Assembly: GCA_964636125.1 (NCBI GenBank)
Contig: CAZWPX010000011.1
Coordinates: 18,741-82,740, forward strand
Direction: 5' to 3'
DNA length: 64,000 nt
Source of the DNA: an uncultured Desulfobacterales bacterium
Lineage (GTDB): Bacteria > Desulfobacterota > Desulfobacteria > Desulfobacterales > CAJINA01
Shown: one piece after another, positions 1 to 9,241 of the stretch
Layout of the letters: every line of letters starts with the position of its first letter
Numbering within the stretch: position 1 is the stretch's first letter
Notes under the pieces: model-generated
The model's database searches: none
What the model saw: only the letters and a program-made list of their open reading frames with translations
Told to the model about the DNA's origin: nothing
Program-made: the position numbers and the translations under genes

Positions 1-1849
1 TGCGTATTTTCAGGATCAGGTCATCGGCTTCGGGGTCGGCAAAACCGACGAAATTGAGTTGAAAAGGGCCGGTCTGGCTGGAGTGCCAAATCTGGTAGAG
101 GTCAGGGTCAATACCCATGGACCAGCCCAGGATCAGGGTGTCGAAATCCAGCTGATTGACTCTTTTTTTAACAAAGACCGACCATTCAATCAGATCAGTC
201 CGCACATCGACCCCAATCCGTTTCCAGGCATCCTGGGCAATGGCCAATATGGCTTTGCGCAGGTTGTTGCCGTTGTTCGTTATCAGGGTGAATTCCATTC
301 GGCGGCCGTCTTTTTCAAGCCAGCCGTCCGTGTTGCGCTGCCAGCCGGCTTCAGCCAGAAGCTTTAAAGCGCCCTGGGGGTCATAAGGCAGCGGCCGGAC
401 GGCCTGGTTATAAAAATCAGTCTGTTTGACAAAGGGCCCGGTAATCGATTCGGCCTGCCCGTACATGACGTAGCGAATAATCTTTTTGGTATCGATGGCC
501 ATGCCCAGCGCCCGCCGGACCCGGGGGTCATTGAACGGTTCCCGGCGCATATTGTAGGCGATGTATGAATAGCCAAAGGAGGTTCCGGAAAATTGCCGGA
601 ATCGGTCGTCTGTTTGCAGCCGTTCAACCTGGTGGGGGAGTACCTGGTAGTTGTCCACGGTGCCGGCATAAAATTCCATCTCCTGGGTCAAGGGGTCAGG
701 GATGATCCGCATGGTGTAGGTGCCATAATTGGGCGGCCCTTCCCAGTAGTCATCAAAGCGCGTGAGTTGAATATAACGGTCGGATTTCCATTCCCGGAAG
801 GCAAAGGGTCCGCAGCCGATGGGCCGGCGGTTAAAACGGCTCTGCCGCAGGGTGAAGTCCGCCGGGTCCTTGCCGGTCTCCCGGGCCTCCGCCGCAAGGG
901 CCTGGTCACTCAGCCGGTGGGCAGGTAGAATGCCCATGCCCCAGGTACCCAGGGCTGGAGAGTATAAACGTTTGTAAGTAATTTTGAGGGTCAACGGATC
1001 CAGCACGGAAACTGATTTCACCGGTTCAAAATCCGACAGCCGGGGTGAACGATTGCGCGGGTTGATGATCGACTGGTATGTGAACCGGACATCTTCAGCG
1101 TCCAGTTCATGGCCGTCATGAAACCGGATTCCCGGTCGCAGGTGAAACAGGATTACCGGGTTGTGTTCCACGGCCGGCACCAGTTCCCGTGACAGGGCGG
1201 CGTGCTGTTCCAGCGGTAGTGCCGGCTGGGTGGTGACATACCTGGCCGGTGTAAAACTGGTGAAGTACTCGTTCCCGAGCAGGTCGGCCAGGTGGTTGAA
1301 CAGTTCCTGGTCGACCCGGTCCAGTGACAACCGGATACGGGCCGGCGCGTTTACCTGGATACGTACAGGCACTGTTTCTTTGGAGATTTGGACCTGGCGG
1401 CTGAGCACTTCTGCCCGTGGGGGCAACAGGTCGATCGCGGTTACATGCTCAAGTTCGGGGATTTTGCGGGCAAGTGCTTTTTGGAGCCAGGCCAACAGAA
1501 GCTGCCCGTCTGTGCGGCTGCCGGTTGGCCCGGGGGCCCTGTCGTTCAGGTAGAAATAAGCTGCTTCAGAAATCTGCCATTTATGCGCCACTCTGCCCCT
1601 GTAGCGCAGCTGGTCATCCCGGTCGATGAGCCCCTCAAACACCATTGATTCAATCTGGCTGCTGGCCGAGTCCGCCGTCAAGATGGGATTGAGCAAGCTG
1701 GCGTCACCGATGGATGCGGTAATATATTGGTTCAGGCGGTTCGGGTTGCCCCGGGTCTGTTCATCATAGGTGGGCACCCAAAAATAAGATTGCAGCAGAA
1801 ACAGGACCACAGTTACAGGAACGATTATGAGGGCACGTCGAGTGGTCAT
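1..1849 (-). CDS. ABC transporter periplasmic substrate-binding protein, family 5 (peptide/nickel, OppA/DppA-like); C-terminus cut by window edge
   Basis: The gene is absent from the ORF track because it has no stop inside the window. Manual minus-strand translation from ATG at 1849 gives MTTRRALIIVPVTVVLFLLQSYFW (signal/anchor), then GIRFHDGHELDAEDVRFTYQSI, PIGCGPFAFREWKSDRYIQLTRFDDYWEGPP and LILGWSMGIDPDLYQIWHSSQ. The frame stays open to position 1. Confidence 0.8.
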   Translation of the reverse strand, partial: MTTRRALIIVPVTVVLFLLQSYFWVPTYDEQTRGNPNRLNQYITASIGDASLLNPILTADSASSQIESMVFEGLIDRDDQLRYRGRVAHKWQISEAAYFYLNDRAPGPTGSRTDGQLLLAWLQKALARKIPELEHVTAIDLLPPRAEVLSRQVQISKETVPVRIQVNAPARIRLSLDRVDQELFNHLADLLGNEYFTSFTPARYVTTQPALPLEQHAALSRELVPAVEHNPVILFHLRPGIRFHDGHELDAEDVRFTYQSIINPRNRSPRLSDFEPVKSVSVLDPLTLKITYKRLYSPALGTWGMGILPAHRLSDQALAAEARETGKDPADFTLRQSRFNRRPIGCGPFAFREWKSDRYIQLTRFDDYWEGPPNYGTYTMRIIPDPLTQEMEFYAGTVDNYQVLPHQVERLQTDDRFRQFSGTSFGYSYIAYNMRREPFNDPRVRRALGMAIDTKKIIRYVMYGQAESITGPFVKQTDFYNQAVRPLPYDPQGALKLLAEAGWQRNTDGWLEKDGRRMEFTLITNNGNNLRKAILAIAQDAWKRIGVDVRTDLIEWSVFVKKRVNQLDFDTLILGWSMGIDPDLYQIWHSSQTGPFQLNFVGFADPEADDLILKIR

Positions 1850-2001
1850 GTCAGTCCAGAGGACGGGGTTTCGTGGGGCAATGCTTTCGGAAGAAATTTA
1901 ATGGAAAATTGGGTGGGCAGGTCCGGAAAAACCTGTCCCGCCAGTGACCCAGGCCTGCGTGCAGGGCTTGAATCACTGGCGCAAATCATTTTTAATGGGT
2001 A

Positions 2002-3354
2002 TCAATGGCCTTTGGCCGCTGCCGTCTGGCCGTCAGCCGGTTCGGATCCGGCCGCTTCAGCCTCGGCCTGTTCCTGGGCGGCCAGGGCTTCCTCAGCCAG
2101 GCGGGTTTCTTCTGCGGTCCGGGCCTGGATTTCAGTGAGTGCGGCATTGAAGATCGCGGTTTTCTGCTCAATCAGTTTAAGCAGGTTTTCATCCGGGTTG
2201 AGTGCTTTGGCTGAATCAAGATGATCCAGGGCAATTTTTAAATCTTCAGTGGTTGCCCGACTGGCCGCTACGTTGGCCTTGTACATGTAGATGGCAATGT
2301 CAATTCCGTCAATACGGGCGTAAACGGAGTGTGTCACTTCACGCGTATGGGCAAACTTGAGTGCTTTGCCCAGGTATGCTTTGATGCCTTCAAAGTCCGG
2401 AAATCCAGGGGCCGCCAGGAGGGCATCCGCCTTGTCGATATAGTAGCCGTAAATCAGCGGGAAGACGTCCTGTTTTTCATACTGAGCCTGGGGGGGCTCG
2501 GCCGGCGCCGGAACACCGGGGAGACTGATCAGCAGCTTTTCCCCAAGGGGCGCAAATTTCCCCTGCCATATCTCAAGCGCCCCATCAGCAGGTTTAAGAT
2601 GGAATTTGTTCGAATTGTTCAAGGAGGCGCCGATAACCAGCAAGAACAGGAGAGCGGCAACCCCAACTGCCCCAAAGGTCACATACTGACCGGTGCGGTC
2701 TACCGGCGGAGCGGCTGCAGCGGCGTCATAAGAGACCGTGACTTTTTCTGCCTCAGCCTTTTCAGCGGCGGCTTTCTCAGCGGCGGCTTTCTCCGCAGCA
2801 GCTTTCTCAGCGGCGGCCTTCTCCGCAGCAGCTTTCAGTCCCTGTTCCTTAATGGCATTCATATCGAAAGCACGTGTTAATACTGCTTTAATACGCTGAA
2901 TCTCTTTTTCATCCGTTCCGGCAATAAAGGGCGCTGGCTCCGGAAATTTCTGGGAGGCGCGTGCGGGTTTAAAAACCGTTTCGGTACGGGGCCAATCGAA
3001 TTTCTGGTGCAGCAGTGCTTTACCCGTGAGTTTTTTGACCGGTGGTTTCCTGGGTGCAGCTTTTTTTGCAGCAACGGTCTTGGCCACTGTCTTCTTAGCA
3101 GCGGTTTTTTTAGGCCCAGTTTTTTTCTTGGGAGCGGCCTTCTTGGGAGCAGCCTTTTTCTGGGGTACTGTTTTTTTCGGAGCGGCTTTTTTCTTAGGGG
3201 TTGCCTTTTTAGGCGCAGCCTTCTTCTTGGGCGCCGCTTTCTTTTTGGCAGCTTTTTTGGCGGCTGTTTTTTTGGCCGGAGCTTTTTTTGCAGCGATCTT
3301 CTTAGCAGCGGCTTTCTTCTTTGAAGTCGATTTGATCAGGCTCTTTTTACCCAT
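2002..3354 (-). CDS. Membrane protein with a histone-H1-like Lys/Ala/Pro-rich N-terminal tail, (AAEKA)n helix, one TM segment and a C-terminal helical domain; function unknown
   Basis: This is a 450-aa ORF. The first ~110 aa are KKAAPKK/AKKTAAKK repeats. AAEKAAAEKAAAEKAAAEKAAAEKAEAEK follows, then the TM segment YVTFGAVGVAALLFLLVIGASL and a ~200-aa non-repetitive domain. An AAGGGG Shine-Dalgarno sequence lies upstream of the ATG. Confidence 0.7.
   Translation of the reverse strand: MGKKSLIKSTSKKKAAAKKIAAKKAPAKKTAAKKAAKKKAAPKKKAAPKKATPKKKAAPKKTVPQKKAAPKKAAPKKKTGPKKTAAKKTVAKTVAAKKAAPRKPPVKKLTGKALLHQKFDWPRTETVFKPARASQKFPEPAPFIAGTDEKEIQRIKAVLTRAFDMNAIKEQGLKAAAEKAAAEKAAAEKAAAEKAAAEKAEAEKVTVSYDAAAAAPPVDRTGQYVTFGAVGVAALLFLLVIGASLNNSNKFHLKPADGALEIWQGKFAPLGEKLLISLPGVPAPAEPPQAQYEKQDVFPLIYGYYIDKADALLAAPGFPDFEGIKAYLGKALKFAHTREVTHSVYARIDGIDIAIYMYKANVAASRATTEDLKIALDHLDSAKALNPDENLLKLIEQKTAIFNAALTEIQARTAEETRLAEEALAAQEQAEAEAAGSEPADGQTAAAKGH
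2745..2840 (-). repeat. Imperfect 15-nt tandem repeat (about 6 units) encoding the (AAEKA)n segment
   Basis: The plus strand reads ttttcagcggcggc tttctcagcggcggc tttctccgcagcagc tttctcagcggcggc cttctccgcagcagc. Confidence 0.7.
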
Positions 3355-3512
3355 AAAAAACCCCTTTGAAATTAGAGAGAATTGGAATATAAGCTGTAAT
3401 TACATATAAATAACCACATATCGAATTAGGTATGGTTTGTAAACACTTATTTAGGGCCAGTGACCATTGATTAGCGGTCCTCACTGGACGCCGCAGCGGG
3501 GGTAGAGAAACG

Positions 3513-4337
3513 ATGCAGACAGGTCATCTCAAGGATAAAAAGAACAAACTGGTCGACCTGTTAAGCAGATTTGATTCGCTTGCGGTCGCTTTTTCCGGAG
3601 GGGCGGACAGCGCCTTTCTCGCAGCGGTGGCCCACGAAGTTCTGGGGACGAAGATGATCGCCTTAAAAGCAATTTCGCCCATACACCCGCAGACAGAACA
3701 CCGGGCCGCCCTGGCCTTCGCCGCAGGATTCGATATTCCGCTGGCAGTGGTTGAGACCAGAGAACTTGAGGTCCCGGGCTTCGCGGACAATTCCACCGAT
3801 CGCTGCTACCTGTGCAAACACTACCTGATGTCCCTGATGGTGGCCCAGGCTGCCCAAAAGGGGTTTGCCCATGTCGCGCACGGTGCCAATATCGATGACC
3901 TGGATGACTACCGGCCGGGATTCAGGGCGGCAAAAGAGCTGGGTATCCAGGCCCCTTTGATCGAAGCCGGCCTGACCAAAACGGAAATCCGCGAGCTTTC
4001 AAGACAGATGGGCCTGCCCACCTGGAACCGGCCATCCATGGCCTGCCTGGCTTCCCGCTTCCCTTATGGGACCCCTTTATCAAAACGGGTGCTCGCGATG
4101 GTGGCCCAGGCCGAACGTGCTCTCTACAACCTGGGTTTCGAAAGTTGTCGAGTCCGGCACCACGATACGGTTGCGCGGATTGAAATTGATCCCGCCGGGA
4201 TCTCACGCCTGGTAAGCGGGCCGGTTCGTACGAAGCTGGTCAAAAAGCTGACGGCCCTAGGTTATAAGCATGTTTGCGTGGATCTGGAGGGGTATATCTC
4301 AGGTAGTCTTAACCGTGATATCGGGGAACTTGACTGA
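3513..4337 (+). CDS. larE: PP-loop ATP-utilising sulfur transferase, LarE-like (TIGR00268-type)
   Basis: The PP-loop motif AVAFSGGADSAFLA is present. Other family-typical segments are DRCYLCKHYL, HGANIDDLDDYRPGFRA and ACLASRFPYGTPL. Confidence 0.7.
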   Translation: MQTGHLKDKKNKLVDLLSRFDSLAVAFSGGADSAFLAAVAHEVLGTKMIALKAISPIHPQTEHRAALAFAAGFDIPLAVVETRELEVPGFADNSTDRCYLCKHYLMSLMVAQAAQKGFAHVAHGANIDDLDDYRPGFRAAKELGIQAPLIEAGLTKTEIRELSRQMGLPTWNRPSMACLASRFPYGTPLSKRVLAMVAQAERALYNLGFESCRVRHHDTVARIEIDPAGISRLVSGPVRTKLVKKLTALGYKHVCVDLEGYISGSLNRDIGELD

Positions 4338-4825
4338 TGGCAAAGAAGGCCGGGGAGGCCAGAATATTGGTGAGTGCCTGCCTTGCTGGCTGCCGCTCAA
4401 GATACGATGGGGGCGTGCCTAAGGTGGTTGATGCGCACATCAGACGCTGGAAGGCTGCGGGCCGGGTCATTTTGTTCTGCCCGGAAACGGCTGGCGGTTT
4501 GCCTACCCCCAGAGATCCGGCGGAAATATCCGGTGGGTTCGGCCAGGATGTCCTGGCGGGTCGCCGCAAGGTGTTCAATTGCCGGGGAGAGGATGTCACC
4601 GTGTACTTTCTGGCAGGGGCCCAAAGGGCACTTGCGGCGGTAAAACTGTTCAACATCCGGGCAGCTGTTTTGAAGGACGGGAGCCCGTCTTGCGGTACGA
4701 CCCGCATATATGACGGCACTTTCCACCATAGACAGGTGGTCGGGCAGGGTGTGACTGCTGCCTTGCTGGCGGCCTGGCAGGTGGCCCTTTTTAACGAGCA
4801 CAATCTGGCGCTGCTGGAAAACTGA
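4337..4825 (+). CDS. DUF523 (YbbK/TudS-like, 2-thiouracil desulfurase family) protein
   Basis: The N-terminal ILVSACLAGCRSRYDGG and the C-terminal LKDGSPSCG cysteine motifs are typical of DUF523. The start overlaps the larE stop (TGATG). Confidence 0.6.
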   Translation: MAKKAGEARILVSACLAGCRSRYDGGVPKVVDAHIRRWKAAGRVILFCPETAGGLPTPRDPAEISGGFGQDVLAGRRKVFNCRGEDVTVYFLAGAQRALAAVKLFNIRAAVLKDGSPSCGTTRIYDGTFHHRQVVGQGVTAALLAAWQVALFNEHNLALLEN

Positions 4826-4974
4826 AGCGTGTTTGTAAGGGCCGCGGTTGATGGCAGTTGATCTACCGCGCCGGTTTTGACCGAAACCAGACCGGCAGCC
4901 TGCTTGACAATGGATTCGGGAATCATTATGTTGTCGCCTGCTGAGTATATGCTCATAAGGAGAAAGGGGCCGTC

Positions 4975-5394
4975 ATGGCACGACCGCAAAAAGAAAGAAT
5001 TGTTGCTTTTAACCCCAATGTCAGCTATTTCAAGCCGCGCGGAATTCCGCTGGTGGAGCTTGAGGAAATCGGCCTGACGATTGATGGGCGTGAAGCGATC
5101 CGACTGGCTGATTTACAGGGACTGTCGCACGAGGAAGCCGGCCGACGCATGGGAGTTTCCAGGGCTACATTCGGACGGATTGTCCAGAAAGCCAGGTACG
5201 CGGTTGCGGATGCCTTGATCAACGGCAAGGCTATCAATGTTGAGGGGGGAAATTACAAGCTTGCCGACCTTGAAAGAAGATTTACATGTGGTCCCTGCGG
5301 TCATAAATGGATCGAACCCCAGGGAACCGGACGCCCGGAAGGCTGCCCCAGCTGTGGCAGCGACAGGTTTTACCGGGTGTCAGATCCCGACTAA
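4975..5394 (+). CDS. DUF134/UPF0251 family putative DNA-binding protein with C-terminal zinc ribbon
   Basis: The N-terminus MARPQKERIVAFNPNVSYFKPRGIP is family-typical. A sigma-70 region-4-like HTH is present (LSHEEAGRRMGVSRATFGRIV). The tail carries CGPCGHKW...CPSCGS. Confidence 0.65.
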   Translation: MARPQKERIVAFNPNVSYFKPRGIPLVELEEIGLTIDGREAIRLADLQGLSHEEAGRRMGVSRATFGRIVQKARYAVADALINGKAINVEGGNYKLADLERRFTCGPCGHKWIEPQGTGRPEGCPSCGSDRFYRVSDPD

Positions 5395-5422
5395 CCCGAA
5401 CAAGTAAGGGAGAGAAAGAAAC

Positions 5423-6265
5423 ATGGTACAGATACAGGACGACATGCCCAAACAAAAGGACCCGAAGGCACAGCAGGATGCCAGAGACGCTGCTGTGGGC
5501 CAGGCCCTGGGCAAAATTAAAAATAAAATACTTGTCATGAGCGGCAAGGGCGGTGTTGGTAAAACCAGCACGTCTGTGAATCTTTCTGTGGCCCTGTCCC
5601 AGAGGGGCTTCAAAGTCGGGCTAATGGATGTGGACCTGCACGGTCCGGATGTTCCCCGGATGCTGGGGTTGGATGGTATGCCGGACGTCAGCGCCAGCGG
5701 GAAGCTTAACCCGGTCAGGTATTCGGATAATCTGTCGGTGATATCGATCGAATCACTGACACCGGGTAAGGACGACGCGATTATCTGGCGGGGGCCGGTG
5801 AAGTACTCTGCCATTCAACAGTTCATTGGTGATGTGGATTGGGGCGATCTTGACTTTCTGGTTATCGATGCACCTCCGGGAACCGGAGATGAACCGCTGA
5901 CCGTGGCACAGACCATCTCCGATGCGAAAGCTTTGATCGTGACAACGCCCCAGGAGGTTTCCCTGGCAGATGTCCGCAAATCAATTAATTTTTGTAAAAC
6001 CGTTAAATTGGATGTCTTCGGGGTTATTGAAAACATGAGCGGCTTTTCCTGCCCGCATTGTGGAGAAGTCATCGATCCCTTCGGTACCGGCGGCGGTGAG
6101 AAGACAGCTGCAGAAACCGGTCTTGATTTTCTGGGACGGGTGCCGTTTGACCCCAGTGTGGTGGCGTGCGGTGATTCGGGTATTGCGATCCAGGTCAAGC
6201 ACGCGGATTCGCCGGTGGCCAAAGCGTTTGACAGTGTGGCGGAAAAACTGGGTAAGTTGGTTTAA
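5423..6265 (+). CDS. mrp: Mrp/NBP35 (ApbC) family iron-sulfur cluster carrier ATPase
   Basis: A deviant Walker A motif (SGKGGVGKTSTSVNLS) is present, along with DVDLHGPDVPRMLG and the CPHC cluster-ligand motif. Confidence 0.85.
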   Translation: MVQIQDDMPKQKDPKAQQDARDAAVGQALGKIKNKILVMSGKGGVGKTSTSVNLSVALSQRGFKVGLMDVDLHGPDVPRMLGLDGMPDVSASGKLNPVRYSDNLSVISIESLTPGKDDAIIWRGPVKYSAIQQFIGDVDWGDLDFLVIDAPPGTGDEPLTVAQTISDAKALIVTTPQEVSLADVRKSINFCKTVKLDVFGVIENMSGFSCPHCGEVIDPFGTGGGEKTAAETGLDFLGRVPFDPSVVACGDSGIAIQVKHADSPVAKAFDSVAEKLGKLV

Positions 6266-6394
6266 CGGCGGCATTGCCGGCAGACCAAAACAAGCAGCGA
6301 CAATTTTAAGTCTTGTCAGCCCCCTTCAAGGGGGTCACCTGATTCCCCCCTGCTCCTCGTGAGGAGAATCAAAGCCGGCTGAATACTTCGGCTG

Positions 6395-6429
6395 AAACGG
6401 CAGAAAGGTTGACCTTTCTGCCGTTTTTT
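6395..6429. terminator. Bidirectional intrinsic terminator between convergent mrp and the acyl-CoA ligase gene
   Basis: A perfect 14-bp stem (aaacggcagaaagg / cctttctgccgttt) with loop ttga is followed by a T-run on the plus strand. Confidence 0.7.
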
Positions 6430-6435
6430 ATGCTT

Positions 6436-8229
6436 CTAATCTTCCGGGTACATGGCGTCGATGCGGTCAGCATGCAGATCCAGGACCACATTCTTCTTTA
6501 CCTTCAAAGTCGGTGTCAGCAGGCCGTTTTCGATCGTAAATTCCGGTACAAGGGTAATTTTTTTGATGGTTTCGAAGGAGGCGAACTCCCTGTTCTTCTC
6601 CGCTACCCGGGCCTCCACATGCTGGACGACTTTTTTATTCACAAGCAGGTCATCGATACTGTTGAAGGCGAGGCCCTGTTCATTGGCCCAGTCCTGAATA
6701 TTCTCTGCGTCCACGGTCACAACAGCGGAGAGAAATTTGCGTTTGTCGCCGACGACACAGACCTGGTTGATAAACTTGGAAGTGGCGATGACTCCTTCAA
6801 TGGCTGAAGGTGCAATATTCTTTCCACCGGCCGTGATGATCAGGTCTTTTTTCCGGCCGGTGATGCGCAGGAAATTTTCCGAGTCGATTTCGCCGAGATC
6901 ACCTGTTCTCTGCCATCCGTCCGGGGAGATGGTCTCCGCGGTCTCCTCGGGCATCTTGTAGTATTCCCGCATGACATTCCGGCCCCGAAACAGGACCTCC
7001 CCGTCTTCGTCGATTTTTTGCTCAACGCCGGGTCCGGGTTGGCCAACCCAGCCGAAACGGTAGTTATCAAATCGATTCAGATTGGTGAAAGAGGTGTTCT
7101 CCGTCATGCCAATGCCTTCCAGGACCAGGACGCCGGCTGCGTGAAAGAATTTGGCAATACTCGGGTTTATGGGGGCAGCACCGCTGATGCACCAGCGCAC
7201 ACGGCCCCCCAGGGCTGCCTGAACCTTGCTGAATACCAGCTTGGTGGCCAGGGCGTATTTGAGATTGAGCCCAAAAGGTATCGGCTGTTTGTTGAGCTTG
7301 CAGTCACTCACCTGATTGCCGACTTCGCAGGCCCAGTTGAAGATTTTAAGGGCCGCGCCGCCTTTGGCTTCCGCACCACTGAATATTTTGGAATAGATTT
7401 TTTCGTAGATGCGCGGCACGCTGGCAAACCAGTGCGGTCGGGCCGTGGCGATATCTTCCACGATTGTTTCCATGCTCCGGGTAAATGTGGTGGTACTGCC
7501 CACCAGCAGGCTGGCATATGTGCAGGTGCGCGCAAAGACGTGTGCCAGGGGCAGGAACAAGAAGACCTCGTCACCTTCCATAATGCGGGTGCTGAACTTG
7601 ACCGACTGGGCGGTAAAGGTCACGTTGTCGTGGGTCAGCACTGCCCCCTTGGGAATCCCGGTGGTTCCGGATGTGTAAACAATACCGGCGACATCTTCCG
7701 GGCTCACCGCGTCGACTCTGGCCTGGAAGTCCTCATCGGGCGTGTCCTGGCCCAGGGCCAGAAATTCATCAAAGCTTAGGACCCAGTCGTCACCCCTGGA
7801 TTTTCCGTTTAAAAGAATCACCTTGCGTACATTCGGAATATCGGCTTTGATTTCATTCAGTTTGGCCAGCTGAACGTCGTTTTCCGCGAAAATCACCACA
7901 CCGTCGGAATGATCGATGATGTACCGGCAGTCCTTGGCGAGGTTGGACTGGTAAATACCCACCGTGGCCGCGCCGATACTGGCAATCCCCATGTCGCACA
8001 GCACCCACCGGAAACAGCTGTAGCTGATGATGTTGACCTTATCTCCCTTTTCAACGCCCAGGGCCATCAGGCTTTTGGACACGCCCTTGACCTGGTCGTA
8101 GAAAACGCCCCAGCTGACCGCTTCGGTCACGCCGGGTTCCGTGAACCATTTATAGGCCGGTACATCAAAATGGCGATCGACCGTTTCCTTGAGCATGTGA
8201 TTGATATTGCGATAGTCGGTAAACTGCAT
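6436..8229 (-). CDS. Long-chain acyl-CoA synthetase (AMP-forming, FadD/ACSL-like)
   Basis: The AMP-binding signature YTSGTTGIPKGAVLTH is present, with TGDLGEID and GRKKDLIITAGGKNI. The ORF track starts at 8289, but the internal ATG at 8229 has a GGGGGAG Shine-Dalgarno sequence 5 nt upstream, so I use that start. Confidence 0.85.
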   Translation of the reverse strand: MQFTDYRNINHMLKETVDRHFDVPAYKWFTEPGVTEAVSWGVFYDQVKGVSKSLMALGVEKGDKVNIISYSCFRWVLCDMGIASIGAATVGIYQSNLAKDCRYIIDHSDGVVIFAENDVQLAKLNEIKADIPNVRKVILLNGKSRGDDWVLSFDEFLALGQDTPDEDFQARVDAVSPEDVAGIVYTSGTTGIPKGAVLTHDNVTFTAQSVKFSTRIMEGDEVFLFLPLAHVFARTCTYASLLVGSTTTFTRSMETIVEDIATARPHWFASVPRIYEKIYSKIFSGAEAKGGAALKIFNWACEVGNQVSDCKLNKQPIPFGLNLKYALATKLVFSKVQAALGGRVRWCISGAAPINPSIAKFFHAAGVLVLEGIGMTENTSFTNLNRFDNYRFGWVGQPGPGVEQKIDEDGEVLFRGRNVMREYYKMPEETAETISPDGWQRTGDLGEIDSENFLRITGRKKDLIITAGGKNIAPSAIEGVIATSKFINQVCVVGDKRKFLSAVVTVDAENIQDWANEQGLAFNSIDDLLVNKKVVQHVEARVAEKNREFASFETIKKITLVPEFTIENGLLTPTLKVKKNVVLDLHADRIDAMYPED

Positions 8230-8306
8230 GTCTCCCCCTTGTGATCCGCATAGTTGACGTTTGCGTGAATGGAAGTTTTGCCATAGCACACCTGTCCGCC
8301 CGGTGT

Positions 8307-9233
8307 CTACCGTTTGATTTTGCCAGGCAGGATGAATTCGTACTTTCTTCTTAAAATATTCTCAGTCAAGGTTCTATCGATCCTCCGCAGAGCCAGGAAA
8401 AGAGACCAGATCAGCTTGTCCTCACGGTAATAGCGTTCGATATCGGCCAGGGAAATCGGCGACAGTTCGGTCGGCAGATGGACATTGATCAAGTCAATGG
8501 CGGCCGGCACCAGGTCACGCCGCTGCTCTTTGATCAGATTGGCTGTCAGATCGATCAGCACCTGGCGGGGGTCATAATAACGGGTCATCACATCTTCAAC
8601 AAACAGCCACCCGATCAACCAGCGCAGGAAAGATGGGGCCGCCTGCAGGAGGAGCTCCGGATCAAGCTGTTCGACTCCCTTGACCCGGATGAAGGGGGTA
8701 CTGGTGTCAATAAAGTAGAGAATCTCCCGCGAGTCTTTCTCCGCAAGGGCCCAGTTGGAAATCTGACCGTCGATGGCCAGTTCGAGATCCGGCTGCAGGG
8801 TGTGGTTGTAGTGCCAGAAACCGGTCAGGGCCTGCAGGATTCGATCCAGCAAACCTGAAAATTCGCGGGCATCCTGCTGCTGGATCAGTCGGTGGGCGAT
8901 GCAGTCAGCCGGTATCTGCAGCTGGGCGATATACAGCACAACGGGCCGGTGCGGCAGGGCTACGACATGCGTAACGCTGTCCGGCAGGTGCAGTCCGGCC
9001 CGGATCAGTTGCTGGCAGTAGGTCGCGTACATGGTGGCGTATTTTTCAGCGGCGGGAATCGTTTTGAACAGCGGCATTCGCTTGTAGGCCCAGGTTGTGT
9101 CGGTCCCGATTTGAAAAATGGCCGATATCTCCCCGAAACCGATTAGCTTCGCTGGAATGGATGAGCGATCCAGGTGCTGTGGATCGAGGCCTGCTTCAAA
9201 GCGCTCGAGGCGCTCTTTGTCGATTCCGGTCAT
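8307..9233 (-). CDS. Conserved hypothetical protein; possible atypical protein-kinase-like / APH-like fold
   Basis: This is a 308-aa ORF. Four kinase-like motifs were read by eye: IGFGEISAIF (Gly-rich loop), WAYKRMP (Lys), AIDGQISNW (D-x4-N catalytic loop) and YFIDTS (metal-binding Asp). It lies 8 nt downstream of the aminotransferase gene. Confidence 0.4.
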   Translation of the reverse strand: MTGIDKERLERFEAGLDPQHLDRSSIPAKLIGFGEISAIFQIGTDTTWAYKRMPLFKTIPAAEKYATMYATYCQQLIRAGLHLPDSVTHVVALPHRPVVLYIAQLQIPADCIAHRLIQQQDAREFSGLLDRILQALTGFWHYNHTLQPDLELAIDGQISNWALAEKDSREILYFIDTSTPFIRVKGVEQLDPELLLQAAPSFLRWLIGWLFVEDVMTRYYDPRQVLIDLTANLIKEQRRDLVPAAIDLINVHLPTELSPISLADIERYYREDKLIWSLFLALRRIDRTLTENILRRKYEFILPGKIKR

Positions 9234-9241
9234 AAAAAGGC

